Source: a virus (Duplodnaviria; Caudoviricetes). Taken from it: a DNA stretch of 54,681 bases. Position 1 is the stretch's first letter. Each line of letters starts with the position of its first letter. Positions 1-8,662 of this stretch are shown in pieces. The notes under the pieces are model-generated. The model had not been told where the DNA came from and did no database searches. It saw nothing but the letters and a program-made list of their open reading frames with translations. The translations under genes and the position numbers were made by a program. The stretch lies in the IMG/VR virus record IMGVR_UViG_3300012890_000002, positions 1 to 54,681 of that record, one strand, 5' to 3'.

Positions 1-123
1 ACCCCTCTCCCCGCTTCTGCCGGTGCTTCGGCGGGAGCGGGCGCCATGCCACAGGAGGCAACGGTATGACCCTACTCAAGCGCGTGCTGGCAGCAGTGAG
101 ATCGGCCCGACCGGGTGCAACCG
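1..123. repeat. Terminal direct overlap identical to 54559-54681 (circular assembly overlap)
   Basis: Bases 1-123 are identical to the last 123 bases; the cro-like ORF and the next ORF read across the junction. Confidence 0.97.
9..71 (+). repeat. Hairpin + RBS + start codon element, copy 1 (also the 3' end of cro)
   Basis: 63-nt ungapped match to 514-576 with 8 mismatches by manual count; GC-rich hairpin followed by CACAGGAGGCAACG-NN-ATGACC. Confidence 0.85.
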
Positions 124-275
124 GGCAGGCCGTGGTGACGGTGACGATTCAGGATTTTCACGCTGGCGGGATGCCTTGGCGAACGGTGAAGTTCTCAGGG
201 ACAGTTGACGACGTGATGGCTGCGCAGGCCGTCTATTTCAGGCCTGATCAATCCGAGACGCCAGATCACCGATGA
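66..275 (+). CDS. Hypothetical early protein
   Basis: GGAGG RBS; ATGA overlap with the cro stop codon. Confidence 0.65.
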   Translation: MTLLKRVLAAVRSARPGATGQAVVTVTIQDFHAGGMPWRTVKFSGTVDDVMAAQAVYFRPDQSETPDHR

Positions 276-477
276 GATCGGCGATTTCTTTCATGCGGCC
301 TTTTACGGCTTCGGCGTCGTTCAAATCGATGTCTTTCCACATGGTTCCCAACGTCGTATCTGATCGACTGTGCCCTCCCGAGACGACGGTCTTGATGCCA
401 CTCAAGGTGTACACGTTCGTTACTAGCGTATACGCGTACTCCAAAGCTTTCGTTGATCGCTTTTCTTCTACATCCAT
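238..477 (-). CDS. Antisense accessory (moron-like) small protein
   Basis: GGAGGT RBS and TAGGCT -10-like box upstream on the minus strand; lower GC; protein-like composition. Confidence 0.7.
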   Translation of the reverse strand: MDVEEKRSTKALEYAYTLVTNVYTLSGIKTVVSGGHSRSDTTLGTMWKDIDLNDAEAVKGRMKEIADLIGDLASRIDQA

Positions 478-513
478 TGTCTTACCTCCACTCTCAGCCT
501 ACTCCGCCACCCA

Positions 514-576
514 CCCCGCTCCTGCCGGTGTTTCGGCGGGGCCGGTCGCCATTCCACAGGAGGCAACGAGATGACC
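514..576 (+). repeat. Hairpin + RBS + start codon element, copy 2
   Basis: Matches 9-71 at an offset of 505 bp with no indels. Confidence 0.85.
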
Positions 577-762
577 GGGCACCGGTTCGAGACAGCCGAA
601 AGAGACTACGCGGGCAAGGTCAAGGCAGGAGACGACGGCGTGTGGCGCTGCGCTGCTTGTGGCGTCCGAATTGATGACCCGGCCGCGCGGTACATATGCA
701 TCGGCATGAAGGTGCACAGCCCGTTCGGACCTCGACGGACCTTGCCTGAGGTCGGCAAGTGA
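571..762 (+). CDS. Small Cys-containing protein (CxxC, possible Zn ribbon)
   Basis: AGGAGG RBS; WRCAACG motif. Confidence 0.6.
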   Translation: MTGHRFETAERDYAGKVKAGDDGVWRCAACGVRIDDPAARYICIGMKVHSPFGPRRTLPEVGK

Positions 763-817
763 ACGCTCAGCCGGAACCCTCCCAGCCCCTGCCCGCGCTG
801 CCCGCCGAGGCGCTGGC

Positions 818-1177
818 GTGAGCGAGGCGACGGATTTTGTTTCTGCTCTCCGCGGCATCGCCAAACGCGCGCCTAAGTTCATTGAAGACGGCCAGTACTA
901 CATGACCGTTGAAGGTCGTCAATACACCGTCGGGGAACTCCAGGGTGATCAGGGCAGCATTGACCGCGTGTTGGGCGCCATGCAGCGCTTCTGCGTCTTG
1001 CAGGGCTGGGGATTCGGCTTGAAGACCGTACCCGCCCTGCGTCACATCGGCGCGCGGGTTCTGATCCAGCCAGAGATCGGCGCGACCATCCGGTACAAGG
1101 CCACGGGCGATTCATCCGCACACGCACTTTCCTTGGCCCTCTGGGACGCACTGCTACAGCACCACCCGCGCGGCTGA
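818..1177 (+). CDS. Hypothetical protein
   Basis: GTG start coupled to a 20-aa upstream mini-ORF; protein-like composition. Confidence 0.6.
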   Translation: MSEATDFVSALRGIAKRAPKFIEDGQYYMTVEGRQYTVGELQGDQGSIDRVLGAMQRFCVLQGWGFGLKTVPALRHIGARVLIQPEIGATIRYKATGDSSAHALSLALWDALLQHHPRG

Positions 1178-1428
1178 CCCGCCCGAGCGGCTGCTGGGGC
1201 TCGCCGTCGTCGGACGGTCCAGCAGCGACACAGAGCCACTGCACAACAGCACGATGCCCAGGACGCCGGAGCACTGCACCCAACCCGGTGCGGGGGACCG
1301 AAGGCGCCACAGCGGCGAGGCGCATGACAACACGCGAAAGACAAGATACGCCCTCCCAGAGAGGGCCGAAGCACCTTATATCAACCAACCATCAAGCAAC
1401 CGCCCCTTCACCCTTAGAGAGGTTCGAC

Positions 1429-2187
1429 ATGGAAGGCACAGAACTCCAGGTCTTCGACTTCAACTTCTCCCAGGTGCGCCTCCAGATCGTCGATGGGGAA
1501 CCCTGGTTCCTGCTCCTCGACCTCTGCCGCGCCCTGAATCTCCAGAACCCCAGCATGGTTGCGCAGAGATTGCAGCCGAAACAACGGGCTAAGCTCAGCT
1601 TAGGCCGTCAGGGTGACGCCATTTTCGTCAACGAGAGCGGCATGTACCGCACCGTTCTCCGCAGCGACAGCCCCAGCGCCGAGCCCTTCCAGGTGTGGGT
1701 GACTGAAGACGTCATCCCCGCCATCCGCAAGACCGGCAGCTACACCCACCCCCAAGCCGCCCCCGCCTTCGACATCAGCGATCCGCTGGTGCTGGCGCAG
1801 AAGTTCATCGAGGCCGAGACCGAACGCCGCGCCCTGGTCACTCAGGTCGAGGTCATGACGCCCAAAGCCGAGGTGTATGACGCCCTGATCAGCGCCGACG
1901 GCACCTACGCAGTCGGCGACGCCGCGAAGATCCTCGGGACCGGCGAGATCCGCCTGTTCCAGCTGCTGCGTGAGCGCAAGGCGCTGATCACTGGCGGCGA
2001 GCACCACAACCTGCCCTACCAGTCGCACCTCGACCGAGGCTACTTCAAGGTTAAGACCTCACCCCGCCCGGCCGGTGAAGGCCAGCCGCAGAAGGTCAGT
2101 CACGTCACTCGCGTCACGCCGAAAGGACTGGCCTGGATGCAGAAGGGCATGACCCAGCAGAACCTGCAGCTGGACCAGCCTGCGTGA
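1429..2187 (+). CDS. ant: Phage antirepressor (BRO-N + ANT/KilA-C domains)
   Basis: N-terminal GEPWFLLLDLCRAL, VNESGMY and WVTEDVIPAIRKTGSY (BRO-N); C-terminal PKAEVYD...NLPYQ...RVTPKG (ANT); GAGG RBS before ATG 1429. Confidence 0.92.
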   Translation: MEGTELQVFDFNFSQVRLQIVDGEPWFLLLDLCRALNLQNPSMVAQRLQPKQRAKLSLGRQGDAIFVNESGMYRTVLRSDSPSAEPFQVWVTEDVIPAIRKTGSYTHPQAAPAFDISDPLVLAQKFIEAETERRALVTQVEVMTPKAEVYDALISADGTYAVGDAAKILGTGEIRLFQLLRERKALITGGEHHNLPYQSHLDRGYFKVKTSPRPAGEGQPQKVSHVTRVTPKGLAWMQKGMTQQNLQLDQPA

Positions 2188-2191
2188 TCGG

Positions 2192-2431
2192 GTGCCGACC
2201 CTCAGCCCCACACAGCGCAGCGCGGTGATTGAGCTGCTCACCACCCGCACCGACCCCAGTTACACGCCCAGCCTCGCTCAGGGTGCCCGCGAGGTGCGTA
2301 CCGCATACCTCAAAACCCTGGCCGACACCGACCTGCTCGATGAACTCGACTGGTTTCGGGGTCACTGGGGAGGCACTTACCCCACCGAATGCGCCGCGTT
2401 GCAGAACGTGATGTATCCCCCATCCGGCTGA
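2192..2431 (+). CDS. Hypothetical protein
   Basis: ORF directly after ant with high-GC codon usage; weak RBS. Confidence 0.5.
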   Translation: MPTLSPTQRSAVIELLTTRTDPSYTPSLAQGAREVRTAYLKTLADTDLLDELDWFRGHWGGTYPTECAALQNVMYPPSG

Positions 2432-2437
2432 TACACT
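2429..2437 (+). promoter_or_regulatory. Putative extended -10 promoter (TGnTACACT) upstream of the replication genes
   Basis: TGATACACT precedes a 200-nt structured leader; no good -35 box. Confidence 0.45.
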
Positions 2438-2632
2438 TTCCCTAACCCGGCGGCCACCGAGCAATAGGCCAAAGGGAAACACCCTCAGGTCTGGGGAGAC
2501 TAGAAGAGGGTGTTGCCGATCGATTCAAATTGTTCCCGCTGGCGAGCGGGAGGCATTCGCCTTACCCACAGGATAGCCGTCCCTGGGGCTCCGGTCAACG
2601 TACCGGAGGTTTAGACGGCCTGGAGTTCCACC

Positions 2633-2911
2633 GTGACCACTCTTCACACCCACACCCCGGCCGCCCAGATCGGCCGGAACGAGATGAGCACCGAGCAGCG
2701 GGACAGCATCGCTGAGATCATGTACCCGGCCAGCCCGGCCGAGTTCCGGGACCTCTGGACCCAGGCGGGCGTGCACCGCCCTTACGCCGAGTTCGTGCGG
2801 GGCCTGGACGACGAGCAGACCGCGCACCTGAGCAGCAGCCTGCGCACCGGCTGGAAGCTCGCCCCCGGGATGCTCCGGGACATCTGGACGGCCGCCGGAG
2901 TGCAGCTGTGA
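2633..2911 (+). CDS. Hypothetical protein translationally coupled to the initiator gene
   Basis: GGAG RBS; GTGA overlap with the next gene. Confidence 0.65.
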   Translation: MTTLHTHTPAAQIGRNEMSTEQRDSIAEIMYPASPAEFRDLWTQAGVHRPYAEFVRGLDDEQTAHLSSSLRTGWKLAPGMLRDIWTAAGVQL

Positions 2912-4014
2912 CCGCCGTGATCCAGTTCGCTCCCGAGACGCCCACCCGCACCACCCGGAAGCGCGAGGCCGGCACCTACTCCCTCATGGAAACCCCCGTC
3001 ATCGACTTCCAGAAGCGCCACGGCAGCGCCACCAGCCGGACGCTGACCGCCCTCGCCGAACGCGCCAACTACACCCAGAAACCCCCGATGAGCGTAGCCG
3101 AGATTCAGGTCGAGACGGAGCTGGGCCAGCGAGCCGTCGAGAAGGCCCTGGCGACCCTCGAAAGTCTGGGCTTCTGCGGCCGGGTCGGGAGGCTATGGAA
3201 ATACACTAACCCCTCCGATCCGAACGTCGGTGCGAACACAGATGCGAACGGAAATGCGAACAGCCGTTCGCACGGACGTTCGCAAAACGGGCAGAAAAAC
3301 GCCGTCCCACACGAAGAAAAACAGCCCCTGAAGGAAGTAGAAGGAAGTAGAAGGAAGTACAAGCTAGCTACAGGGGCTGAATGGATACGCTGGGCAGGCT
3401 CGCGCACCCCAAACCCAAACACACAAACCCCAGACCCGGCTGACGCCGGCAGCGCTGACGCGCCACCCCAGGCTTCGCCCTCACAGGAGCCGTTGAAAGA
3501 TCCCAAGGCGACCCCAGAGGCCGAACGCTCACAGGGGGGAAGCGAGAGCCTGGCGCCCGCCGCGACGCCGCACCGCGCCGAGCATCACGGCGATGACCAC
3601 GACGCGGTCGAGTTCTTCCTCGCCCTGGCCGGTTACAACTTCGTGACCGCCAACCGCCTGCACCTCGCCCGCTGGGCCGAGAGCTACACCCCAGACTTCC
3701 TGCGGCTGGCCTGGAAGCTCGCGCCGACCGTGGCGAACGTCCGGGTGGCCGGGTACGCGATGGTGTTCCTGCTCAACCGGGAGCGCGAGTGGCCGGACGC
3801 CCTGAAGGCCCAGTACGGGCAGGACGTGGCCCCGCCCGCCCAGCAGGTGTCGGCCCGCGAGGTCCAGGTGGGCGACCGCCTGCGCTGGCCTGACGGTGGC
3901 ACGGCCACGGTGATCGACCTGCACAGCACCCAGCTGCTCACCGATGCCGAGGACGACGCCCGGGCGTACGTGCGGTATGACCAGATCGGGCAGGGCGTCG
4001 AGGTGCTCCGGTGA
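2908..4014 (+). CDS. Replication initiator (lambda O-like organisation; N-terminal HTH)
   Basis: HTH-like SVAEIQVETELGQRAVEKALATL; low-complexity centre containing DNA iterons; immediately upstream of DnaB. Confidence 0.8.
   Translation: MTAVIQFAPETPTRTTRKREAGTYSLMETPVIDFQKRHGSATSRTLTALAERANYTQKPPMSVAEIQVETELGQRAVEKALATLESLGFCGRVGRLWKYTNPSDPNVGANTDANGNANSRSHGRSQNGQKNAVPHEEKQPLKEVEGSRRKYKLATGAEWIRWAGSRTPNPNTQTPDPADAGSADAPPQASPSQEPLKDPKATPEAERSQGGSESLAPAATPHRAEHHGDDHDAVEFFLALAGYNFVTANRLHLARWAESYTPDFLRLAWKLAPTVANVRVAGYAMVFLLNREREWPDALKAQYGQDVAPPAQQVSAREVQVGDRLRWPDGGTATVIDLHSTQLLTDAEDDARAYVRYDQIGQGVEVLR
3219..3360. promoter_or_regulatory. Putative replication origin (iterons plus purine-rich tandem repeats)
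   Basis: T(G/C)CGAAC at 3219, 3231, 3243 and 3255; inverted GTTCGCA at 3266 and 3278 (12-bp period); AAGGAAGTAG x3 at 3331-3360. Confidence 0.8.
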
Positions 4015-5396
4015 GCGCCGTGAACGATGCCCAGCTCTGGAACCGCACCCCACCGCACGACGAGGCGGCCGAGATCGGCCTGCTGGGTGGGGTGCTGCTC
4101 GACAATGACCAGTGGCCGGGCGTGAGCGACCTGCCGGCTGACGCGTTCTTCCTGGGCCGTCACCGGCACATCTGGGCGTCGATGCACGCGCTGATGGCGA
4201 GCACGCAGGCGGTGGACCTGATCACGCTCACCAGTTCGCTCGCCAGCCAGCCGGGCCTGACAGCCAGCAGCACGATGCTCGACGAGATCGGCGGCCCGGC
4301 GTACCTGATCGGGCTGGGCGAGCAGACGCCCTACGCCTACAACACCGGGGCCTACGCGGAGATCGTGCGCGACCGCTACGCCCGGCGCCTGGTGCTCAGC
4401 CACGGCCTGCAGGTGGCCCGCGCGGAGGCCGGGATGGACACCCAGCCGCTCCCCACGGCCGACCTTCAGGACCTCGCCGCCCGGGTGCCCACGCCCACAC
4501 AGCGGGCCACCAGCCACATCATCACCGGGGCCACGGCCGACCAGAGCGCCATCGCCTACCTGCGACTGCTGGGCAGCGGAGAGAGCCCGGCCATCCGGAC
4601 CGGCTTCCCGGACCTCGACCGCGAGTTCGGGGGGTTCCACCCCGGCAGCCTGACGGTGCTGGGCGCCCGGCCGAGTATGGGCAAAAGCAGCCTCGCCATC
4701 GGAATCGCCGAGCGGGTGGCAGCGCGCGGCAAGCACGTGCAGGTGCTCAGCCTGGAGATGAAGGCGTTCCACATCGCCATGCGCCAGCTCTGCCACGCCG
4801 CGCGGGTCGGCCTGAAGCCCGCCCTCTCCGGTGAGCTGAACGAACTCCAGATGGGCCGACTGAGCGCCGCCGCCGAGCGCCGGGCCCTGAACGGTCTGCC
4901 GAACTACATCGACCAGCCGGACACCACCCTGCAAGCCATCGAGCGCCTGAGCACGCACCTGAAGCAGGCGGGGCGCCTCGACCTGCTGGTGATCGACTAC
5001 CTGGGCCTGATCAGCGTGCCGGGCCGCGACGGGGATGAGAACGACACGCAGAAGCTGGGCATCATCAGCCGCGCCCTGAAGACCCTGGCGATTCAGCTCG
5101 ACCTGCCGATCCTGGTGCTGCACCAGCTCAACCGAGGGCTGGAGTCACGCCCGGACAAGCGGCCCAAGATGGCCGACCTGCGGCAGTCCGGGCGCATCGA
5201 GGAAGACGCCGACAACATCCTGTTCGTCTACAGGGACGAGTATTACAACAAGGAGAGCGCCTACCAGGGCGTCGGCGAGATCATCATCGGCAAGCAGCGC
5301 CAGGGCGCACGCGACACCTCGGCCAAACTCCAGTTCCACGCTGAGAGCGCGACCTTCCAGAGCCTCGCAAGCGAGACGAGCAACCTCACGATGTAG
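4011..5396 (+). CDS. dnaB: Replicative DNA helicase, DnaB family
   Basis: PPHDEAAE N-terminus; GARPSMGKS Walker A; SLEM; VIDYLGL; QLNR; DLRQSGRIEEDAD; IIGKQRQG. Confidence 0.97.
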   Translation: MSAVNDAQLWNRTPPHDEAAEIGLLGGVLLDNDQWPGVSDLPADAFFLGRHRHIWASMHALMASTQAVDLITLTSSLASQPGLTASSTMLDEIGGPAYLIGLGEQTPYAYNTGAYAEIVRDRYARRLVLSHGLQVARAEAGMDTQPLPTADLQDLAARVPTPTQRATSHIITGATADQSAIAYLRLLGSGESPAIRTGFPDLDREFGGFHPGSLTVLGARPSMGKSSLAIGIAERVAARGKHVQVLSLEMKAFHIAMRQLCHAARVGLKPALSGELNELQMGRLSAAAERRALNGLPNYIDQPDTTLQAIERLSTHLKQAGRLDLLVIDYLGLISVPGRDGDENDTQKLGIISRALKTLAIQLDLPILVLHQLNRGLESRPDKRPKMADLRQSGRIEEDADNILFVYRDEYYNKESAYQGVGEIIIGKQRQGARDTSAKLQFHAESATFQSLASETSNLTM

Positions 5397-5532
5397 CCCG
5401 GCCCGGGAGAACGGAGTAACTATTTTATACCTTGGCCGTTCTCCCCTCCCCACCGTCGCCAGTTGTGACAGTGTCCCAACCCTTCCCCGCTCCCGCCCCA
5501 GCCCTCGCTGGGGTGCGCCATTGGAGACCGCC

Positions 5533-5805
5533 ATGCCGCTATCCGCAACCCAGGAAGCCGTCCTGCAATGCCTCCGAGCAGGTGCAGTGGGCCACCAAAC
5601 TGGCGACGGACCCATCTCGCTACACGACTGCCCGCCCTTCCTCTCCCAGACGACCTGGACGCCAACGCGCAGGACGATCCAGTCGCTGCTCGACCACTTC
5701 TACATGGCCGAGGTTCCGCACCAGGGCGCGGCTGACGGCTCGGTGAAGGTCTTCTGGGCCACGCCTCACGGCCTGACAGAGCTGAGGAAGCACCTCAAGA
5801 AGTAG
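5533..5805 (+). CDS. Hypothetical protein (possible winged helix)
   Basis: GGAG RBS; ends WATPHGLTEL, resembling a wHTH wing. Confidence 0.6.
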   Translation: MPLSATQEAVLQCLRAGAVGHQTGDGPISLHDCPPFLSQTTWTPTRRTIQSLLDHFYMAEVPHQGAADGSVKVFWATPHGLTELRKHLKK

Positions 5806-5822
5806 CCTCCTCAACTCAATTC

Positions 5823-5849
5823 CATAGCGTCACAAATTGAGACGCTATG
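5823..5849. promoter_or_regulatory. 27-bp near-perfect palindrome, putative operator overlapping a TATGCT -10-like box
   Basis: CATAGCGTC-A-CAA-A-TTG-A-GACGCTATG in an intergenic gap. Confidence 0.5.
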
Positions 5850-5909
5850 CTCCCGCCCCAGCACCAGCCCGGTGCCCGGGGCGCGTTCATGCCAGCCAAG
5901 GAGACGCAA

Positions 5910-6314
5910 ATGACCACACACGAACAATCCATTGCCGGACCCGCGATTGAGGTTTCCTTCCTGGTGCTCGAAGGCCTGGTGGTGGTTCAGCTTGAGCAGA
6001 ACCGCTCGCTGATCATCCCCGCTGGCGGGTCATGGCCCGGCCTGCAGTTCCTTCCGGAGCCCCTCGCGGCGTACCTGAAGCCGGTGGCGACGATGAAGAT
6101 TCCCGGCACCCGGCTCTTCCCGCTCGGGGACAAAGGCCACCCCGCCGCCGTCGCTCTCGTCACTGCTCAGGCGCTGACCACCGTTGGGTCACTCGCGGAG
6201 CGCTGCGAGTTGGCCGAGCAGCTGCACATCCCCATCCGGGAGGTCCATCAGGCGACCGGCGCGGCAGTGGTCGGCGCGGATGAGTGGGCGTTTGCGACTG
6301 CGCTGAACACCTAG
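5910..6314 (+). CDS. Hypothetical protein
   Basis: AAGGAG RBS before ATG 5910. Confidence 0.65.
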   Translation: MTTHEQSIAGPAIEVSFLVLEGLVVVQLEQNRSLIIPAGGSWPGLQFLPEPLAAYLKPVATMKIPGTRLFPLGDKGHPAAVALVTAQALTTVGSLAERCELAEQLHIPIREVHQATGAAVVGADEWAFATALNT

Positions 6315-6399
6315 CCTCCACGCCCACAACCCACCTCTCCCTCCCTCACCCCCGCCCCGGCACGCGCCCAGGCGGGGTGCCTGCTGCCCTGGAGACGCC

Positions 6400-6660
6400 A
6401 TGCACCCGACCGACCCACTGACCGAAGACACCGAGCAGATCCACGCCATCTCCGGCGAGGTCACCGCCACCTTCTACTACGACGAAACAGGCTTCGTGCT
6501 CAACGGCCCCCAGAAAGGCCAGCACATCTTCCTGGCCGAGAAGCAGGAAATCTGGCGCTGGGCAAGGCCCTGGTGTAACCCCCGGTCCGAACAGGTCACC
6601 CTGCGCCCCTGGTGGCGACTGTTCCGCCCCACGAAGGCGCTGCGGATCGTGATCGGCTGA
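6400..6660 (+). CDS. Hypothetical protein
   Basis: GGAG RBS; coupled to the next gene. Confidence 0.65.
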   Translation: MHPTDPLTEDTEQIHAISGEVTATFYYDETGFVLNGPQKGQHIFLAEKQEIWRWARPWCNPRSEQVTLRPWWRLFRPTKALRIVIG

Positions 6661-6914
6661 TGGCGGGCCGAGCGACCGCCCTGCGCAACATCGCCCTGGG
6701 AATGGAACCCGATGCCGCACGTGAGCTGATGGAAGCGGCCAAGCTGATCGAGACGCAAGCTGCGCAGGTGGCGGCAGCAGAGAGCCTGTATGGCAATCGC
6801 CTTGGATGGAGCGAAGGCCGCAACCCCTATGCCCCGCCTTATTTCTGGGATGAGCTGGGCAAGGCGCTGGGCCGCGACCCCGCCGGGTTCTGCTCCGCCG
6901 AGGTTCAGCCGTGA
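6660..6914 (+). CDS. Hypothetical protein
   Basis: TGATG overlap with the previous gene. Confidence 0.6.
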   Translation: MAGRATALRNIALGMEPDAARELMEAAKLIETQAAQVAAAESLYGNRLGWSEGRNPYAPPYFWDELGKALGRDPAGFCSAEVQP

Positions 6915-7351
6915 GCGAGGAGTACGTGCCCTTCGCCCGCGTGGTGAGCCTGTCTCCCAAGCAATTGGAGCAGACCCTGGCGCGCTGGATGGGGTATGCC
7001 CCTTCGAAGGGCGACCGGCGCCGCAGGCCACACCGTGCCACGTGGGAACTCGGTATCCGCGACACCCCGGGCTATGCCTCGCACTGGCCCGGCCCGCCGC
7101 CCTACGCCACGCGCCTCGACACGGCCGCCGAGATCGAGGCCCGGATCATCGCGCTGGGCTTCGCCAAACAGTACGGGGAGGTGCTGTACCTGATGACGAA
7201 CAACCGCTCTGGTGCGTTCGATGAATTTGATTATTTCGGTGGTGTCTTGCTGGCCAATGTCGCCACGGCGACCGCGGTCACTCGTTGCCGCGCACTGCTC
7301 GAAGTCCTGATTCAGGCTCGGTTGCTCCCCGAGCCAAAGGTGTCCGCGTGA
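6911..7351 (+). CDS. Hypothetical protein
   Basis: GTGA overlap; GAGG RBS. Confidence 0.65.
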   Translation: MSEEYVPFARVVSLSPKQLEQTLARWMGYAPSKGDRRRRPHRATWELGIRDTPGYASHWPGPPPYATRLDTAAEIEARIIALGFAKQYGEVLYLMTNNRSGAFDEFDYFGGVLLANVATATAVTRCRALLEVLIQARLLPEPKVSA

Positions 7352-7521
7352 GCTGCCGCCACTGCGGGGGCCGGAGCCCGTCTCCCGGCCGGGTGTGCGG
7401 GAGCGAGAAGTGCGTCCAGCGGCGGGCCACGAACACCGCCGAGAAGGCGCTGCGGAAGGTCGAGCGGCAGACGCTGCCCGGCATCGGTGGGAAGCAGCGG
7501 GTGCGGGCGGTGGGCCGGTGA
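7348..7521 (+). CDS. Small zinc-finger-like protein
   Basis: CRHC...CGSEKC; GTGA overlaps at both ends. Confidence 0.6.
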   Translation: MSCRHCGGRSPSPGRVCGSEKCVQRRATNTAEKALRKVERQTLPGIGGKQRVRAVGR

Positions 7522-8258
7522 TTCCCTTCGTTCTGCGGGTCGACACCGACCACCTGCGCCTGCTGACGGCCTTCTCCTCCGAGAAGCCGATGACCATCAC
7601 CGCCGCCCGCCAGGCCTGCCCGGGGCTCAAGAGCAACCGCGCCGGGACCGTCATCGCTACCCTGGCAAGCCATGGACTGGTGGTGCGCGTCGGGGTTGGC
7701 GCGTCAAACTCAAGGGGCGGCCCGCCCCAACTGATCTACCTCCGCACGCCGGCCGGAGACACCGCGCTGCTGACCCCCGCACCCCCGGAGCCGCCCGGCC
7801 CGCCCAGAGCCGAGTATGTTGGCCGGGTCCGCCATGGCTCCCAGGCTGGTCGCCTGCTCCGGTTGCTCACCGATCACCCGCAGTCCATCGGCGACCTACT
7901 CATTGCGCTCGGCCTCGATGGTCAGCACCGCCCCGGACTGCTGCACTCCGCCACCCACCTCCGGAAGAACGGGCTGTGCAGCGGCAGCCCCGGCGCCCTG
8001 GTGGTGACGCCCGCCGGCAGGAAAGAACAGGCGCGGCTGCTGGCGCTGGATGCCCCGGTCGCCGAGCCCGCAGAGCCGCCCGAAGTGGTCGCCGAGCGCC
8101 GCGCCATCGATACCCTCAGCGGCCGCGCCCAGAACGCCTACCGCGTCCTCACCCGCCTGAGCACCCGCACGTCCCGCACGCTCGCCGCTCAGTGCGGATT
8201 CGGGCCCGCCGTGGGAGAAGAGGTCTGGAACGAGCTGCAGCGCGCCGGGCTGACGTGA
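7518..8258 (+). CDS. Tandem winged-helix DNA-binding protein
   Basis: Repeated wHTH-like segments ending YLRTPAG and VVTPAG; coupled start at 7518. Confidence 0.55.
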   Translation: MIPFVLRVDTDHLRLLTAFSSEKPMTITAARQACPGLKSNRAGTVIATLASHGLVVRVGVGASNSRGGPPQLIYLRTPAGDTALLTPAPPEPPGPPRAEYVGRVRHGSQAGRLLRLLTDHPQSIGDLLIALGLDGQHRPGLLHSATHLRKNGLCSGSPGALVVTPAGRKEQARLLALDAPVAEPAEPPEVVAERRAIDTLSGRAQNAYRVLTRLSTRTSRTLAAQCGFGPAVGEEVWNELQRAGLT

Positions 8259-8662
8259 GTCCGAAGCTGCGAGAAGCCCTCCCGCCCCACCTCGCCCTCG
8301 AGCAGGTCTGGTCGGAGCATGACCATCAGGCGCGGCTGATCGACTGGTGCCGCGATCTGCACACCGACAGCCGGGCGGCGCTGATCTTCGCCATCCCGAA
8401 CGGCAGCCACAAGAGCTTCGTGATGGCCGGCCGCTTCCAGCGCGAGGGCCTGACCTCTGGCGTGCCCGACCTCTTCCTGCCGGTCGCCGCGCAGGGCCAG
8501 CACGGGCTGTTCATCGAGATGAAGAAGCTCGGCGGCCAGACCAGCCGAGCGCAACGCGAGTGGCAGCGGCGACTGAGCGCGCAGGGCTACCAGTCGGAGG
8601 TGTGTGTCGGCTGGCGCGCGGCCCAGGCAGTGATCCAGGCGTACCTGGGGTTGCACCCGTGA
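8255..8662 (+). CDS. VRR-NUC family nuclease (Holliday junction resolvase-like)
   Basis: FAIPNG, EGLTSGVPDL, LFIEMK and SRAQREW motifs. Confidence 0.9.
   Translation: MSPKLREALPPHLALEQVWSEHDHQARLIDWCRDLHTDSRAALIFAIPNGSHKSFVMAGRFQREGLTSGVPDLFLPVAAQGQHGLFIEMKKLGGQTSRAQREWQRRLSAQGYQSEVCVGWRAAQAVIQAYLGLHP

Noticed and set aside
1-123. Biological direct terminal repeat of the virion DNA
   Set aside because: It falls within the cro and next ORFs, and its exact identity is typical of assembler circular overlap; it says nothing about the packaging ends.
767-1045. Minus-strand 92-aa ORF as a second antisense moron
   Set aside because: It largely overlaps the better-supported, translationally coupled plus-strand gene 818-1177 and has no clear RBS.
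5405-5445. Third vault-like RNA (minus strand contains AGUUACUCC)
   Set aside because: The motif is imperfect, lies on the 3' side of the hairpin and lacks the GGGUGGCGCAG block; probably coincidental.
5823-5849. Protelomerase telRL site of a linear phage-plasmid
   Set aside because: The palindrome is short, imperfect and odd-centred, and no protelomerase gene is evident.
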